Assembly: GCA_031430855.1 (NCBI GenBank)
Contig: JANPCG010000006.1
Location: forward strand, 2,531-66,530
Direction of reading: 5' to 3'
Length of the DNA: 64,000 nucleotides
Origin: Candidatus Kaiserbacteria bacterium
Lineage (GTDB): Bacteria > Patescibacteriota > Minisyncoccia > Phycocordibacterales > UBA918
In this document: positions 1-8,125 of the stretch, in pieces
How positions within the stretch are numbered: position 1 is the stretch's first letter
Layout of the letters: each line of letters opens with the position of its first letter
Notes under the pieces: model-generated
The model's database searches: none
Seen by the model: the letters and a program-made list of their open reading frames with translations, nothing else
What the model was told of the DNA's origin: nothing
Position numbers and translations under genes: made by a program

Positions 1-909
1 ATCAAAACGAATGTTGCGGAGTGGCTCGAACAGATTCGTCCGCTGATGGACTTTGACGCAACAATAAATCCCCCCCAGGTGAAATTTAATGGTGACTGGT
101 TATCGAAACTCACCATGGCAGATTTGATTAACCTTACCTCAATGGTCACGGTGCAGCAGATGCTCGAACGGGATATGTTCGAGAAGCGTCTGAAAGAAGA
201 AAAACCAATCCATTTGCACGAATTTTTATACCCACTCATGCAGGGGTACGATAGTGTTGCCATGGAGGTTGATGCTGAGCTGTGTGGGACTGATCAGACC
301 TTTAACGCACTCATGGGGCGCACCCTGATTAAAAATCTTAAAGGTAAAGATAAGTTTGTCGTGACTGTGAATCTGATGGAGAATCCAAAGACGGGTGAAC
401 TAATGTCCAAGAGTCGGGGAACTGGGGTATTTTTAAATACCGACGCCTTCAATAAGTACGGCGCTATTATGACGCAGCCGGACGAGATGATTGACATTAT
501 TCTGGTCAATAACACTCGTCTCGAGCTCGAGGAAATTGCTGAAATCATGAAAGCACCAAATCCACGCGACGCCAAGATGCGGGCAGCCTTTGAAGTAACT
601 AAAATTTTCCACGGTGAAGCAGCAGCGATAGAAGCAGCTGAACGATTTGTACAATTGGTACAGAAGGGAGGAACAGCCGAGAATGTACCCGAGGTACAGG
701 TGAGCGGTTCGGAAATGACAGTTTTTGCCCTCGTGCGCGAAGTCATAACGGACGAAACCAGTACGGAACTCCGACGTTTAATTGAACAAGGCTCGGTCAA
801 AATTAATGGAGAGAAGTACGCAGACCGTGACCAGGTAGTTACCATTCCGGTAGAAGGTATTGATTTGAAAGTAGGGAAGAAACTGTGGTTTAAAGTAAAG
901 ACAGCGTAA
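1..909 (+). CDS. tyrS: Tyrosyl-tRNA synthetase, C-terminal part (5' end outside window)
   Basis: Frame is open from nt 1. Class I KMSKS motif (LMSKSRG), YPLMQGYD motif, C-terminal S4-like domain. Confidence 0.9.
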   Translation: MKTNVAEWLEQIRPLMDFDATINPPQVKFNGDWLSKLTMADLINLTSMVTVQQMLERDMFEKRLKEEKPIHLHEFLYPLMQGYDSVAMEVDAELCGTDQTFNALMGRTLIKNLKGKDKFVVTVNLMENPKTGELMSKSRGTGVFLNTDAFNKYGAIMTQPDEMIDIILVNNTRLELEEIAEIMKAPNPRDAKMRAAFEVTKIFHGEAAAIEAAERFVQLVQKGGTAENVPEVQVSGSEMTVFALVREVITDETSTELRRLIEQGSVKINGEKYADRDQVVTIPVEGIDLKVGKKLWFKVKTA

Positions 910-1107
910 CGTGGGAGACGGATCCCTAAATAGCCGTAATTTCTCGATTTTTTAAAAAAACGCAACTAAAATTGGACGGGGTCAATAGACATTGAGTAAA
1001 TGATAAACCGAGTGATTTCAACCTTAGATTACCCATTCAGCTATATTTTAGGCCATATAATTATACGTTGCGCACTTTAGAGACAGTGGTAGGATGAGGA
1101 CATCCCT

Positions 1108-1536
1108 ATGTCACTCTTTCCCGAATCAAAACTCCATACCCTACTCAAGACTCGCCTCGATACTCTGAAGTGTGAGCTCGAACGACTATCAGTGCGCCAA
1201 ATGGCGGTAACTCGCTTACGACACGCGGCAATTCTCCACAAGAACGCGGAAGGTATTGAAGACGAAGAAGACGAGGCAGTCGACGCCTTGATTGCCAGTA
1301 TCGATGCGGTTGATTTTGATCTCGCCATTTTTAGTGGGCAGTTACATGACCGCCAAAAGCACCTCTCGAAAGGAATCGCTCTCCTTAATGCTTCATCCGT
1401 TGACTCATTTAGAGAGCTGCTCACTGAACATTTTATCGACGAAGCCAATTTAGCAATCCGTGACGCCAAAGTCGCTCGCAAAGGCTACGACGAACTCATT
1501 GCCGATTTACAGACCATCACCGTCCAGCCAAATTAA
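1108..1536 (+). CDS. hypothetical protein
   Basis: 142-aa ORF, weak SD (aggatgagga), no recognisable motif. Confidence 0.35.
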   Translation: MSLFPESKLHTLLKTRLDTLKCELERLSVRQMAVTRLRHAAILHKNAEGIEDEEDEAVDALIASIDAVDFDLAIFSGQLHDRQKHLSKGIALLNASSVDSFRELLTEHFIDEANLAIRDAKVARKGYDELIADLQTITVQPN

Positions 1537-1686
1537 ATGTAATTACATTTAAAGCTGCACCGGGGTCTGCCCTGGGCAATTTCTACTTTCAGTATGTATC
1601 TGCAGAGGCCTTTCCTCCACAAACAAAATCGTCTCACACAAATGTGAGGTGCATTTTGAAACAGTAATTCACTACACGTTTCGTAG

Positions 1687-3336
1687 TTATTTACGCAGGG
1701 GAATCTCGGCGACCACATCACTTGAGAACTGGCCAGACTCCAAACGGAATCGAGTTGCGTCAGCTTTTCCTCGCTCGCCACCCCAGGTCTCGGGTGAAGT
1801 GGCAAAACGCACCCCGCGATCAGTAGGGAACACTTGAATACTTTCAACCGCTCCGTAAATATCAACTGACGACTGGACACCAGAAGCAGCGAGTTCTTTT
1901 CCGAGCTGACTGACAACTGACTCGTTACCAATTTGTACTTTATTACCCTCGTCATCCAAATCATACTGTGGGGTTTCGGCGGCCATTTGGCACGTTACCA
2001 GGATTATCTTCTTACGTCCTTCATCTTGTGGATCATCATCAACACCACGACTAGGTTGCATGTAATTTTCGACGACTCGCGCGAGCCCGCTCATATCATG
2101 CATCGGGGCGTCAATCCGATTTCGTCCCGTCTCAGCAAATGAAGTATTTTTGGCTTCAGTCACTCTTTTTCCATCAGTCACGAGCCAGCGGTCTTTTTTA
2201 ACTTCAGGGTTACGATCATCAGAAATAACAAAACCACCAGCCGAACCGTGCGCAGCAATAGCAACCGTGGCTGGTTTGATCCCGGCTTTTTGCAGTTGCA
2301 CAAACGCCCGATAGATATCTGCCGGGTTTGCTATTTCAAAGAAGAGAGTACGCCCTGAACCATTCGTATCATCAAATGTCTTTGCCCATTCACGCATCAG
2401 GGAGTTATCGCTATCATACCGATTTACAAACAGCACCGAAACATCCCGCTCGCGTAATTCCTCGGACATTTCCTCTGGTTCGGTTATAAGTCGCTCCATT
2501 CGTTCGAGTTGTTCGATGGAATAACTTTCGATACCGATGATGCCAGTTGCCTTGGTCATGGCGCGAAGACGTTCTATGCCGAAGTGGTCGAGACGAGCAA
2601 CTAAATCTATAACCATCTCATCACCATAGCCATGGATAGTGCTAAAGGCGTAATCCGTAACATCAGTTTCAGACAAGCCATAACTATTAACTAAAATTTG
2701 TTCAACCAAAGTTTTCCGCACTTTTTCACTACCGAGTGCACTGGCCTCATCAAAAGAAAAAAGTGCGGTCTGCATCGCTGCTATGACTTTAGGATTACGC
2801 ATTTCTTTACGAACTAATTCAGCGTATGGTGCTCCCTTAAGGGCAAAGAGTTGCGTTGTTTTTTCAAGACCAAACGTATGTTGCACAATTTCAAGCATTT
2901 TTTCACTCGGCTCGGACGCAAGTGCCGTTAGAATAGTTTGACGCACCGGACCGTTCTCAGGCTCAGAAATTACAACTTGAGAAATTTGTTCAGGTGACAG
3001 TCCATAGGTTGCTGATGAAAAACGACTTGCTTCAGATACCGGACGGACATTCTGTGTATCGTAATTTGCATAAAGGCGCTCGTCCAGTCTTTGGAACCTT
3101 GTTTTTATCTCTATAAACCGAGCAATATCTGCTGGGTTTTCTAGCTTATGCTCTAAATCACCGGGAACTGGTTTTTCATACCACCAGTCAGGCAGACGAG
3201 ACATGGTCTCATCCGAAAGCATTTCAACTTCTAACGCATCTATCTTTGTTTGCAGCAAATCAATGTCGTCATTAACTGGTGATTCTGAAAGCTGTTCAGG
3301 TTTGGCTTGTTTATAAGGAGCCTCAAAAAAGTCCAT
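1687..3336 (-). CDS. hypothetical 549-aa protein; C-terminal half has a caspase/CHAT-like His-Cys dyad arrangement
   Basis: Long ORF sharing a divergent promoter region with ychF. 'VAIAAHGSAGGFVISDD' is followed about 90 aa later by 'KKIILVTCQMAAE', a hydrophobic strand followed by Cys. Confidence 0.6.
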   Translation of the reverse strand: MDFFEAPYKQAKPEQLSESPVNDDIDLLQTKIDALEVEMLSDETMSRLPDWWYEKPVPGDLEHKLENPADIARFIEIKTRFQRLDERLYANYDTQNVRPVSEASRFSSATYGLSPEQISQVVISEPENGPVRQTILTALASEPSEKMLEIVQHTFGLEKTTQLFALKGAPYAELVRKEMRNPKVIAAMQTALFSFDEASALGSEKVRKTLVEQILVNSYGLSETDVTDYAFSTIHGYGDEMVIDLVARLDHFGIERLRAMTKATGIIGIESYSIEQLERMERLITEPEEMSEELRERDVSVLFVNRYDSDNSLMREWAKTFDDTNGSGRTLFFEIANPADIYRAFVQLQKAGIKPATVAIAAHGSAGGFVISDDRNPEVKKDRWLVTDGKRVTEAKNTSFAETGRNRIDAPMHDMSGLARVVENYMQPSRGVDDDPQDEGRKKIILVTCQMAAETPQYDLDDEGNKVQIGNESVVSQLGKELAASGVQSSVDIYGAVESIQVFPTDRGVRFATSPETWGGERGKADATRFRLESGQFSSDVVAEIPLRK

Positions 3337-3440
3337 GACTTAATTCTAAGGGAAAACTACTCATATACCAAAGTATAAACCATACATTAACAGCGCTTTT
3401 TGGTTGTCTTTGGTGCAAAATCTGCTACACTGCGCAAATT

Positions 3441-4538
3441 ATGTCACTATCAGTTGGAATTGTTGGATTACCAAACGTGGGGAAGTCGACGTTGTTTACC
3501 GCCCTTACCAAAAATGAGGTGTTGATTGCCAATTATCCGTTTGCGACGATTGACCCTACCGTTGGTGTAGTAGCAGTGCCTGATAGTCGCCTCGCTACTC
3601 TCGCCGCTATTTCGGGGACCGATAAAATTATTCCCGCTGTGGTGGAGTTTGTTGATATTGCCGGATTAGTAAAAGGTGCGTCAGCCGGAGAAGGCTTAGG
3701 AAATAAGTTCCTCGCTAATATTCGCGAGACCGATATGATTGCTGAAGTTGTCCGCATATTTGAAGATGGTGATATTCACCACGTGTCAGGGCTGATTGAC
3801 CCCTTGGGTGACATTGAAGTAATAAACCTCGAGTTAATCCTCGCTGATGCAGAGACGGTCGCCAAGCGACTCGGGAACGTCGAACGTGACGCCAAGCGTG
3901 GAGATAAAGATGCAGTGGTTGAACGTGATGTCCTCGCCCGGATGTTGCCACACCTTGAAGCGGGCAAGCTCGCGAACACGCTCGAGATGACCGAAGAAGA
4001 AACAAAAGCCATCCGTAGTGTTCACCTACTTACCATGAAGCCGTTTTTGTATATTTGTAACAAGAAGACCGATGCATTTAACCTTGATGAACAGAATGAT
4101 GAACGATGGCAGGACCTCATGGAATTCTTTGAGGAAACAAATAGTCAGTATGTGGTCGTTGATGCGGGAATGGAACATGAGCTTCGTGACCTGTCTGAAG
4201 ATGAGAAAAATGATTTCCGTCGTGAATATGGAGCACAAGATAGTGGGGTAGGGAGCCTGATTCGTGCCTGTTATGACCGACTCGGTCTGATGTCCTATTT
4301 CACTACCGGTGAAAAGGAGACTCGGGCGTGGACCGTACCCATTGGGAGTACCGGCCCGAAGGCAGCCGCAGCGATTCACACTGACTTTGAAAAGAAGTAC
4401 ATTCGCGCGCAAGTGATTACATTTGAAGACTTAGTTGCTGCCGGGAGTAAAGTGGTTGCCAAAGAACGCGGCCAGATGCGTGCCGAGGGAAAAGACTACA
4501 TTGTGAAAGACGGAGACGTGATTGAGTTTTTGATTTAA
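3441..4538 (+). CDS. ychF: Ribosome-binding ATPase YchF/Ola1
   Basis: G1 motif GIVGLPNVGKST, Obg-family GTPase signature, C-terminal TGS domain. Confidence 0.95.
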   Translation: MSLSVGIVGLPNVGKSTLFTALTKNEVLIANYPFATIDPTVGVVAVPDSRLATLAAISGTDKIIPAVVEFVDIAGLVKGASAGEGLGNKFLANIRETDMIAEVVRIFEDGDIHHVSGLIDPLGDIEVINLELILADAETVAKRLGNVERDAKRGDKDAVVERDVLARMLPHLEAGKLANTLEMTEEETKAIRSVHLLTMKPFLYICNKKTDAFNLDEQNDERWQDLMEFFEETNSQYVVVDAGMEHELRDLSEDEKNDFRREYGAQDSGVGSLIRACYDRLGLMSYFTTGEKETRAWTVPIGSTGPKAAAAIHTDFEKKYIRAQVITFEDLVAAGSKVVAKERGQMRAEGKDYIVKDGDVIEFLI

Positions 4539-4545
4539 CAAAGCG

Positions 4546-4581
4546 ACAAAGGACCGGCCTTCGCGAAGGCCGGTCCTTTGT
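4546..4581 (+). terminator. Perfect palindromic hairpin (caaaggaccggccttcgcgaaggccggtcctttg) plus T-run; copy 1 of a 36-bp repeat
   Basis: Seen directly; the identical 36-mer recurs at 5275-5310. Confidence 0.7.
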
Positions 4582-4670
4582 GTTTTAACTGGAGATACTA
4601 GAGAGCACATTGCTATTTATGCAATGTGTTGTATTGTTTTCTGTAGAAACATTACGAGAGGGAACAACTT

Positions 4671-5219
4671 GTGGAATCTTCAATCATTCTGGCCGTCTTA
4701 CTCGCTTACGGTGCCATGATTTGCTGTCTCAACAGGGCACGCCCACTATTGACGTATGTGAGTCAGTTTGTCCATGAAAGTGGACACTACCTGGCACTAC
4801 GTCTGTTTGGTGTCTACCCCCTTGAGTTCAAGATTGGCGACACCAGACTGATGTGTCGAATGACCATTCAAACGACAATCTTTTCATTTCACCTAAATAC
4901 CAACAAAAGTACCGTTGTCGTTTCGGGTGATGATATCAGGGGATTGTCATGGTGGCAGCGTCTCGTAGTCTATGCGGCGGGAGCGGCGTTCAATCTGGCC
5001 TTTGGCTTTGCCGCGGTGATGCTCGTCATTTGGTACTTCGGGTTTGCCAATACCGCACTTGAGATTGTGACGGGGTTCGCACTCCTGTATCTGGTTCTTG
5101 AGCTCTTGGGAGTAACCAGCCTCATCTGCTTCGACTGTTTGAGACAAACATCGCCCGATGGACAACAGACCGATGGCTACGCGATTCGAGAAATTCTCGA
5201 AAAGCGCTTTGGCCAATAA
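4671..5219 (+). CDS. Small polytopic membrane zinc-metalloprotease-like protein (HExxH, M50/site-2-protease-like)
   Basis: VHESGHYLAL motif inside a TM helix, downstream DG motif, hydrophobic helices. Confidence 0.6.
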   Translation: MESSIILAVLLAYGAMICCLNRARPLLTYVSQFVHESGHYLALRLFGVYPLEFKIGDTRLMCRMTIQTTIFSFHLNTNKSTVVVSGDDIRGLSWWQRLVVYAAGAAFNLAFGFAAVMLVIWYFGFANTALEIVTGFALLYLVLELLGVTSLICFDCLRQTSPDGQQTDGYAIREILEKRFGQ

Positions 5220-5229
5220 TGAAATCCGA

Positions 5230-5249
5230 CCCCGCGCCACGGCGCGGGG
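5230..5249 (+). terminator. GC hairpin ccccgcgcc-ac-ggcgcgggg followed by a T-rich tract
   Basis: Immediately after the stop of the 4671-5219 gene. Confidence 0.55.
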
Positions 5250-5274
5250 TTGATTGTTTTTATATTAAAACACT

Positions 5275-5310
5275 ACAAAGGACCGGCCTTCGCGAAGGCC
5301 GGTCCTTTGT
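5275..5310 (+). repeat. Copy 2 of the 36-bp palindromic hairpin repeat
   Basis: 36/36 identical to 4546-4581. Confidence 0.8.
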
Positions 5311-5370
5311 TTTAGTGATTTTAAAATTTTTTAGAACATCCAAAAGGAGATGCAGTTCTAGGCGCGCAAA

Positions 5371-5414
5371 CAAAAAACCGCGACACGTACTTTTGTACGG
5401 CGAGCGGTTTTTTG
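5371..5414. terminator. Bidirectional intrinsic terminator (aaaaaaccgc...gcggtttttt)
   Basis: A-run, stem, T-run; lies downstream of the minus-strand ORF 5451-5744. Confidence 0.5.
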
Positions 5415-5450
5415 TGTAGCGCAACAACGAAATGCGTTCGTTTTGATGTT

Positions 5451-5744
5451 CTAAGACCCTTCCATTGGAGGATTAGCCCGCTGAACCGGACTCACAATCG
5501 TCGGCTTCCATTCAGCCGTAATTTCTTTATGTTCCTTTTCGTATTCACTAATTTGATGCGTGAGATACTGCTGCAAGCGCTTGGCGTGCTGAGGCGTTAA
5601 GGAATAAATGGTAGCTTGGTTACCAGAACTCAATCCCATCACAAAAAATTCTGGGGTGTACGCAACGTTAATACTTTCACAGAATAATTTTGGGGCGTTT
5701 TTTAATTCATCTGATTTCATAGAAATATAGTATACCCGGACCAT
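5451..5744 (-). CDS. hypothetical protein
   Basis: 97-aa ORF followed by a terminator; no motif. Confidence 0.4.
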   Translation of the reverse strand: MVRVYYISMKSDELKNAPKLFCESINVAYTPEFFVMGLSSGNQATIYSLTPQHAKRLQQYLTHQISEYEKEHKEITAEWKPTIVSPVQRANPPMEGS

Positions 5745-5830
5745 CGTAATTGTGCGAATACCACCATACCTTCATTGCTTTCACACACAAATGCAGCTAT
5801 TGTAGGCCACGAAGTTCTTTGACGGAGGCT

Positions 5831-6781
5831 ATGTCCATGAAATATGCTGCCACACTGCGTTTCGGTAGTTTCAATACCTGGTCTGGGTGCATCCCCGGGA
5901 GTGCCGGCCAACGTGATCACATCGTTGATTTCATTGTCGACTTGGCGCATACGTTTGATTATTTGGTGCTGCACGAAGTGCATGTCTCAAATGATTCCCA
6001 AACGGAACGGTTTGTGCCGCCACGCTCACCTGGACACCGTCCCGGTCCGCTTGACCTCAAGCTCGGTAACCGCTTGATGGATCGCCTCAAAACGACCCAT
6101 CGATACATGTTTGCGCCACACTTTAATGTGACAGCATTGCATGACTATGAAGCAACAGATCTGCCCGTGTATTACGGCAATCTGGTTCTCATTAAACGCC
6201 AGGTGGCGATAGTGCGTAACGAGGTTGCTCTGATTTACGGGATTGGGAACGTTAATACCGAAACACTCCACCGAGAGACAGGACACGTTACTGGTCGAGC
6301 TGGCTCACGGAAGGCGAACGTAACCACCATCGACACCGGATATGGTCACGTTACCGTAGCAGGAGTGCATGGTCTTCACTCACGAGCCGGGAAGATCGAC
6401 AGCCCCGCTCGCAATGCGCAATCGTCCCAAATTGCTGCCGTGATTGCTCAGCAACGAAAGTTGCTAAAGCTCTCAGGGGACGAACCACACTCGCTTGTGC
6501 TTGGTGATTTAAACCTCACTTCAGAGAACGACGCTTTGCGGAAACTTTTGGAAAACCCCTCTGCGTTTGGGTTTAGCCGCGGGATCAATCTCAATGATCA
6601 GTTCAATATCACTAACACCAGGACAAAGTGGTACCCCAAGTCTAAGTCCAGCCGCGAAGCAAACTTTGCACTTGCTTCGGTAGGGTTGGCAGAGCAAGTA
6701 ACCAAATACGTCGTCCAAAGAAAGACGCCGTCTGACCATGGGTACACCGACCTCACCATCGAAAAAAAGCCAGGCACCTAA
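5831..6781 (+). CDS. Endonuclease/exonuclease/phosphatase (EEP) family protein
   Basis: LVLGDLNLTSEND and C-terminal SDHGYTDLTI motifs typical of the EEP fold. ggagg RBS at 5824-5828; start is ATG 5831 or 5837. Confidence 0.7.
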   Translation: MSMKYAATLRFGSFNTWSGCIPGSAGQRDHIVDFIVDLAHTFDYLVLHEVHVSNDSQTERFVPPRSPGHRPGPLDLKLGNRLMDRLKTTHRYMFAPHFNVTALHDYEATDLPVYYGNLVLIKRQVAIVRNEVALIYGIGNVNTETLHRETGHVTGRAGSRKANVTTIDTGYGHVTVAGVHGLHSRAGKIDSPARNAQSSQIAAVIAQQRKLLKLSGDEPHSLVLGDLNLTSENDALRKLLENPSAFGFSRGINLNDQFNITNTRTKWYPKSKSSREANFALASVGLAEQVTKYVVQRKTPSDHGYTDLTIEKKPGT

Positions 6782-6864
6782 CCGTGCCTGGCAACTTTTT
6801 TATCTAAACAGGAGTATACTTATGAGGTAGTTACAAAGGTATTATTTTTTATAACCATTTTTAC

Positions 6865-7773
6865 ATGAAAGAATCCAACCATAAAAATAGCACTCCGATG
6901 CATTTTGCCCTCCAGCTCGGCTCATTAATTAGCCTCTACCTTTCACTCTCATTTCTCATAGTGCTCCTGTTTGGCATCATTAATCTCAAGTTTCCTGATG
7001 CAACCGAAGGCTACTATATGATCGAGAGCGCCAGCAACAGCGTCCGACTTGGTATCGCTATGGTATTGGTATTTTTCCCCACCTATTTGATTTTGACTCG
7101 ACTCGTAAATAAGATTCGACGTTCCGAAGTAAGTGAACAGTACCTCTCGCTGACTAAATGGTTGATCTATCTTTCTTTGGTTCTCGGTATTGGTGCCTTA
7201 CTCGTTGATCTCGTGGTCGTGATTATGACCTTCTTAAACGGTGAAGTTACCGAGCGGTTTATCTACAAGGCGATGGCAGTCTTGGTCGTTATTGGAGCGG
7301 CAGTTCACTACTATATCCTTGATGCTCGTGGGTACTGGATAAAGAACGAGAGTAAATCTATTCTGTTTGGGATTGGTGCATGTATTGTGGCCTTTACTGC
7401 TGTCGCGTTTGGGTTTTCATACATTGAAACCCCCGCCGCTGTGCGTGAGATGAAACTCGACCAAGCACAAATTATGGACCTCCAAAATATTCAATACAAA
7501 ATTGAAGAGTATCTGGGGACTGAAAAGAAACTACCAGACACCATGAATACAGCCTACGGTGAATTTAATGCTCCTACCGCTCCCGAGGGACGGACAGCGT
7601 ATACCTACGTCGCCACTGAAGCGGGCTTTGAACTCTGTGCTGAATTTTCAAAAGAAAGTCAAACGGACGCCTTTGCCGCGCCATATATAGACGAAAAGAC
7701 AATGATTCAGAATGGTAATGATTGGCAATACAAAGCTGGTGTCTACTGTTTCAAGCGGGTAGTTAAAAAATAA
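6865..7773 (+). CDS. hypothetical membrane protein (N-terminal polytopic region plus C-terminal soluble domain)
   Basis: Several hydrophobic helices; no catalytic motif. Confidence 0.6.
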   Translation: MKESNHKNSTPMHFALQLGSLISLYLSLSFLIVLLFGIINLKFPDATEGYYMIESASNSVRLGIAMVLVFFPTYLILTRLVNKIRRSEVSEQYLSLTKWLIYLSLVLGIGALLVDLVVVIMTFLNGEVTERFIYKAMAVLVVIGAAVHYYILDARGYWIKNESKSILFGIGACIVAFTAVAFGFSYIETPAAVREMKLDQAQIMDLQNIQYKIEEYLGTEKKLPDTMNTAYGEFNAPTAPEGRTAYTYVATEAGFELCAEFSKESQTDAFAAPYIDEKTMIQNGNDWQYKAGVYCFKRVVKK

Positions 7774-7839
7774 ACTTTACAATCGCTCCTCTTAGTCGTA
7801 CTGTAGGCGCAAACAGATCCTTGAGGGAGGACACAAGAC

Positions 7840-8049
7840 GTGGATAGTTTGCATTGTCAAAATTGTGGCTGTGAGCTCGATGAATACCATCTGCCACAGC
7901 CGTGTGCACGGTGTCACACCAAACCTACCACGACCCCATCCAATTACCGAAGCGAACGATGCAACTGTGTAGTCGTCCTTGATAGCAGTGCAACGATTGC
8001 GTATGTCGTCAATCCGAACTGCCCACGTCACCAAAAAGGCCCACCCTAG
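7840..8049 (+). CDS. possible small zinc-ribbon protein (GTG start)
   Basis: ggagg at 7827-7831, 8 nt before GTG. CxxC-x12-CxxC (HCQNCGCE...PCARCH). Hairpin aaaggcccaccctagtgtgggccttt plus T-run just downstream. Confidence 0.35.
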   Translation: MDSLHCQNCGCELDEYHLPQPCARCHTKPTTTPSNYRSERCNCVVVLDSSATIAYVVNPNCPRHQKGPP

Positions 8050-8125
8050 TGTGGGCCTTTGACTATTTTTGGCTACACGGCATAATGATGGGTACCTTTA
8101 CTCATCATGAATTCTGTCTTCTCCT

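Noticed and set aside
294-965. 223-aa minus-strand ORF inside tyrS, and similar antisense ORFs inside leuS (8524-8940), dnaK (32486-32905), alaS (22336-22647) and pepA (50047-50491)
   Set aside because: Shadow ORFs opposite well-supported conserved genes; low-complexity Ser/Arg-rich translations; no RBS.
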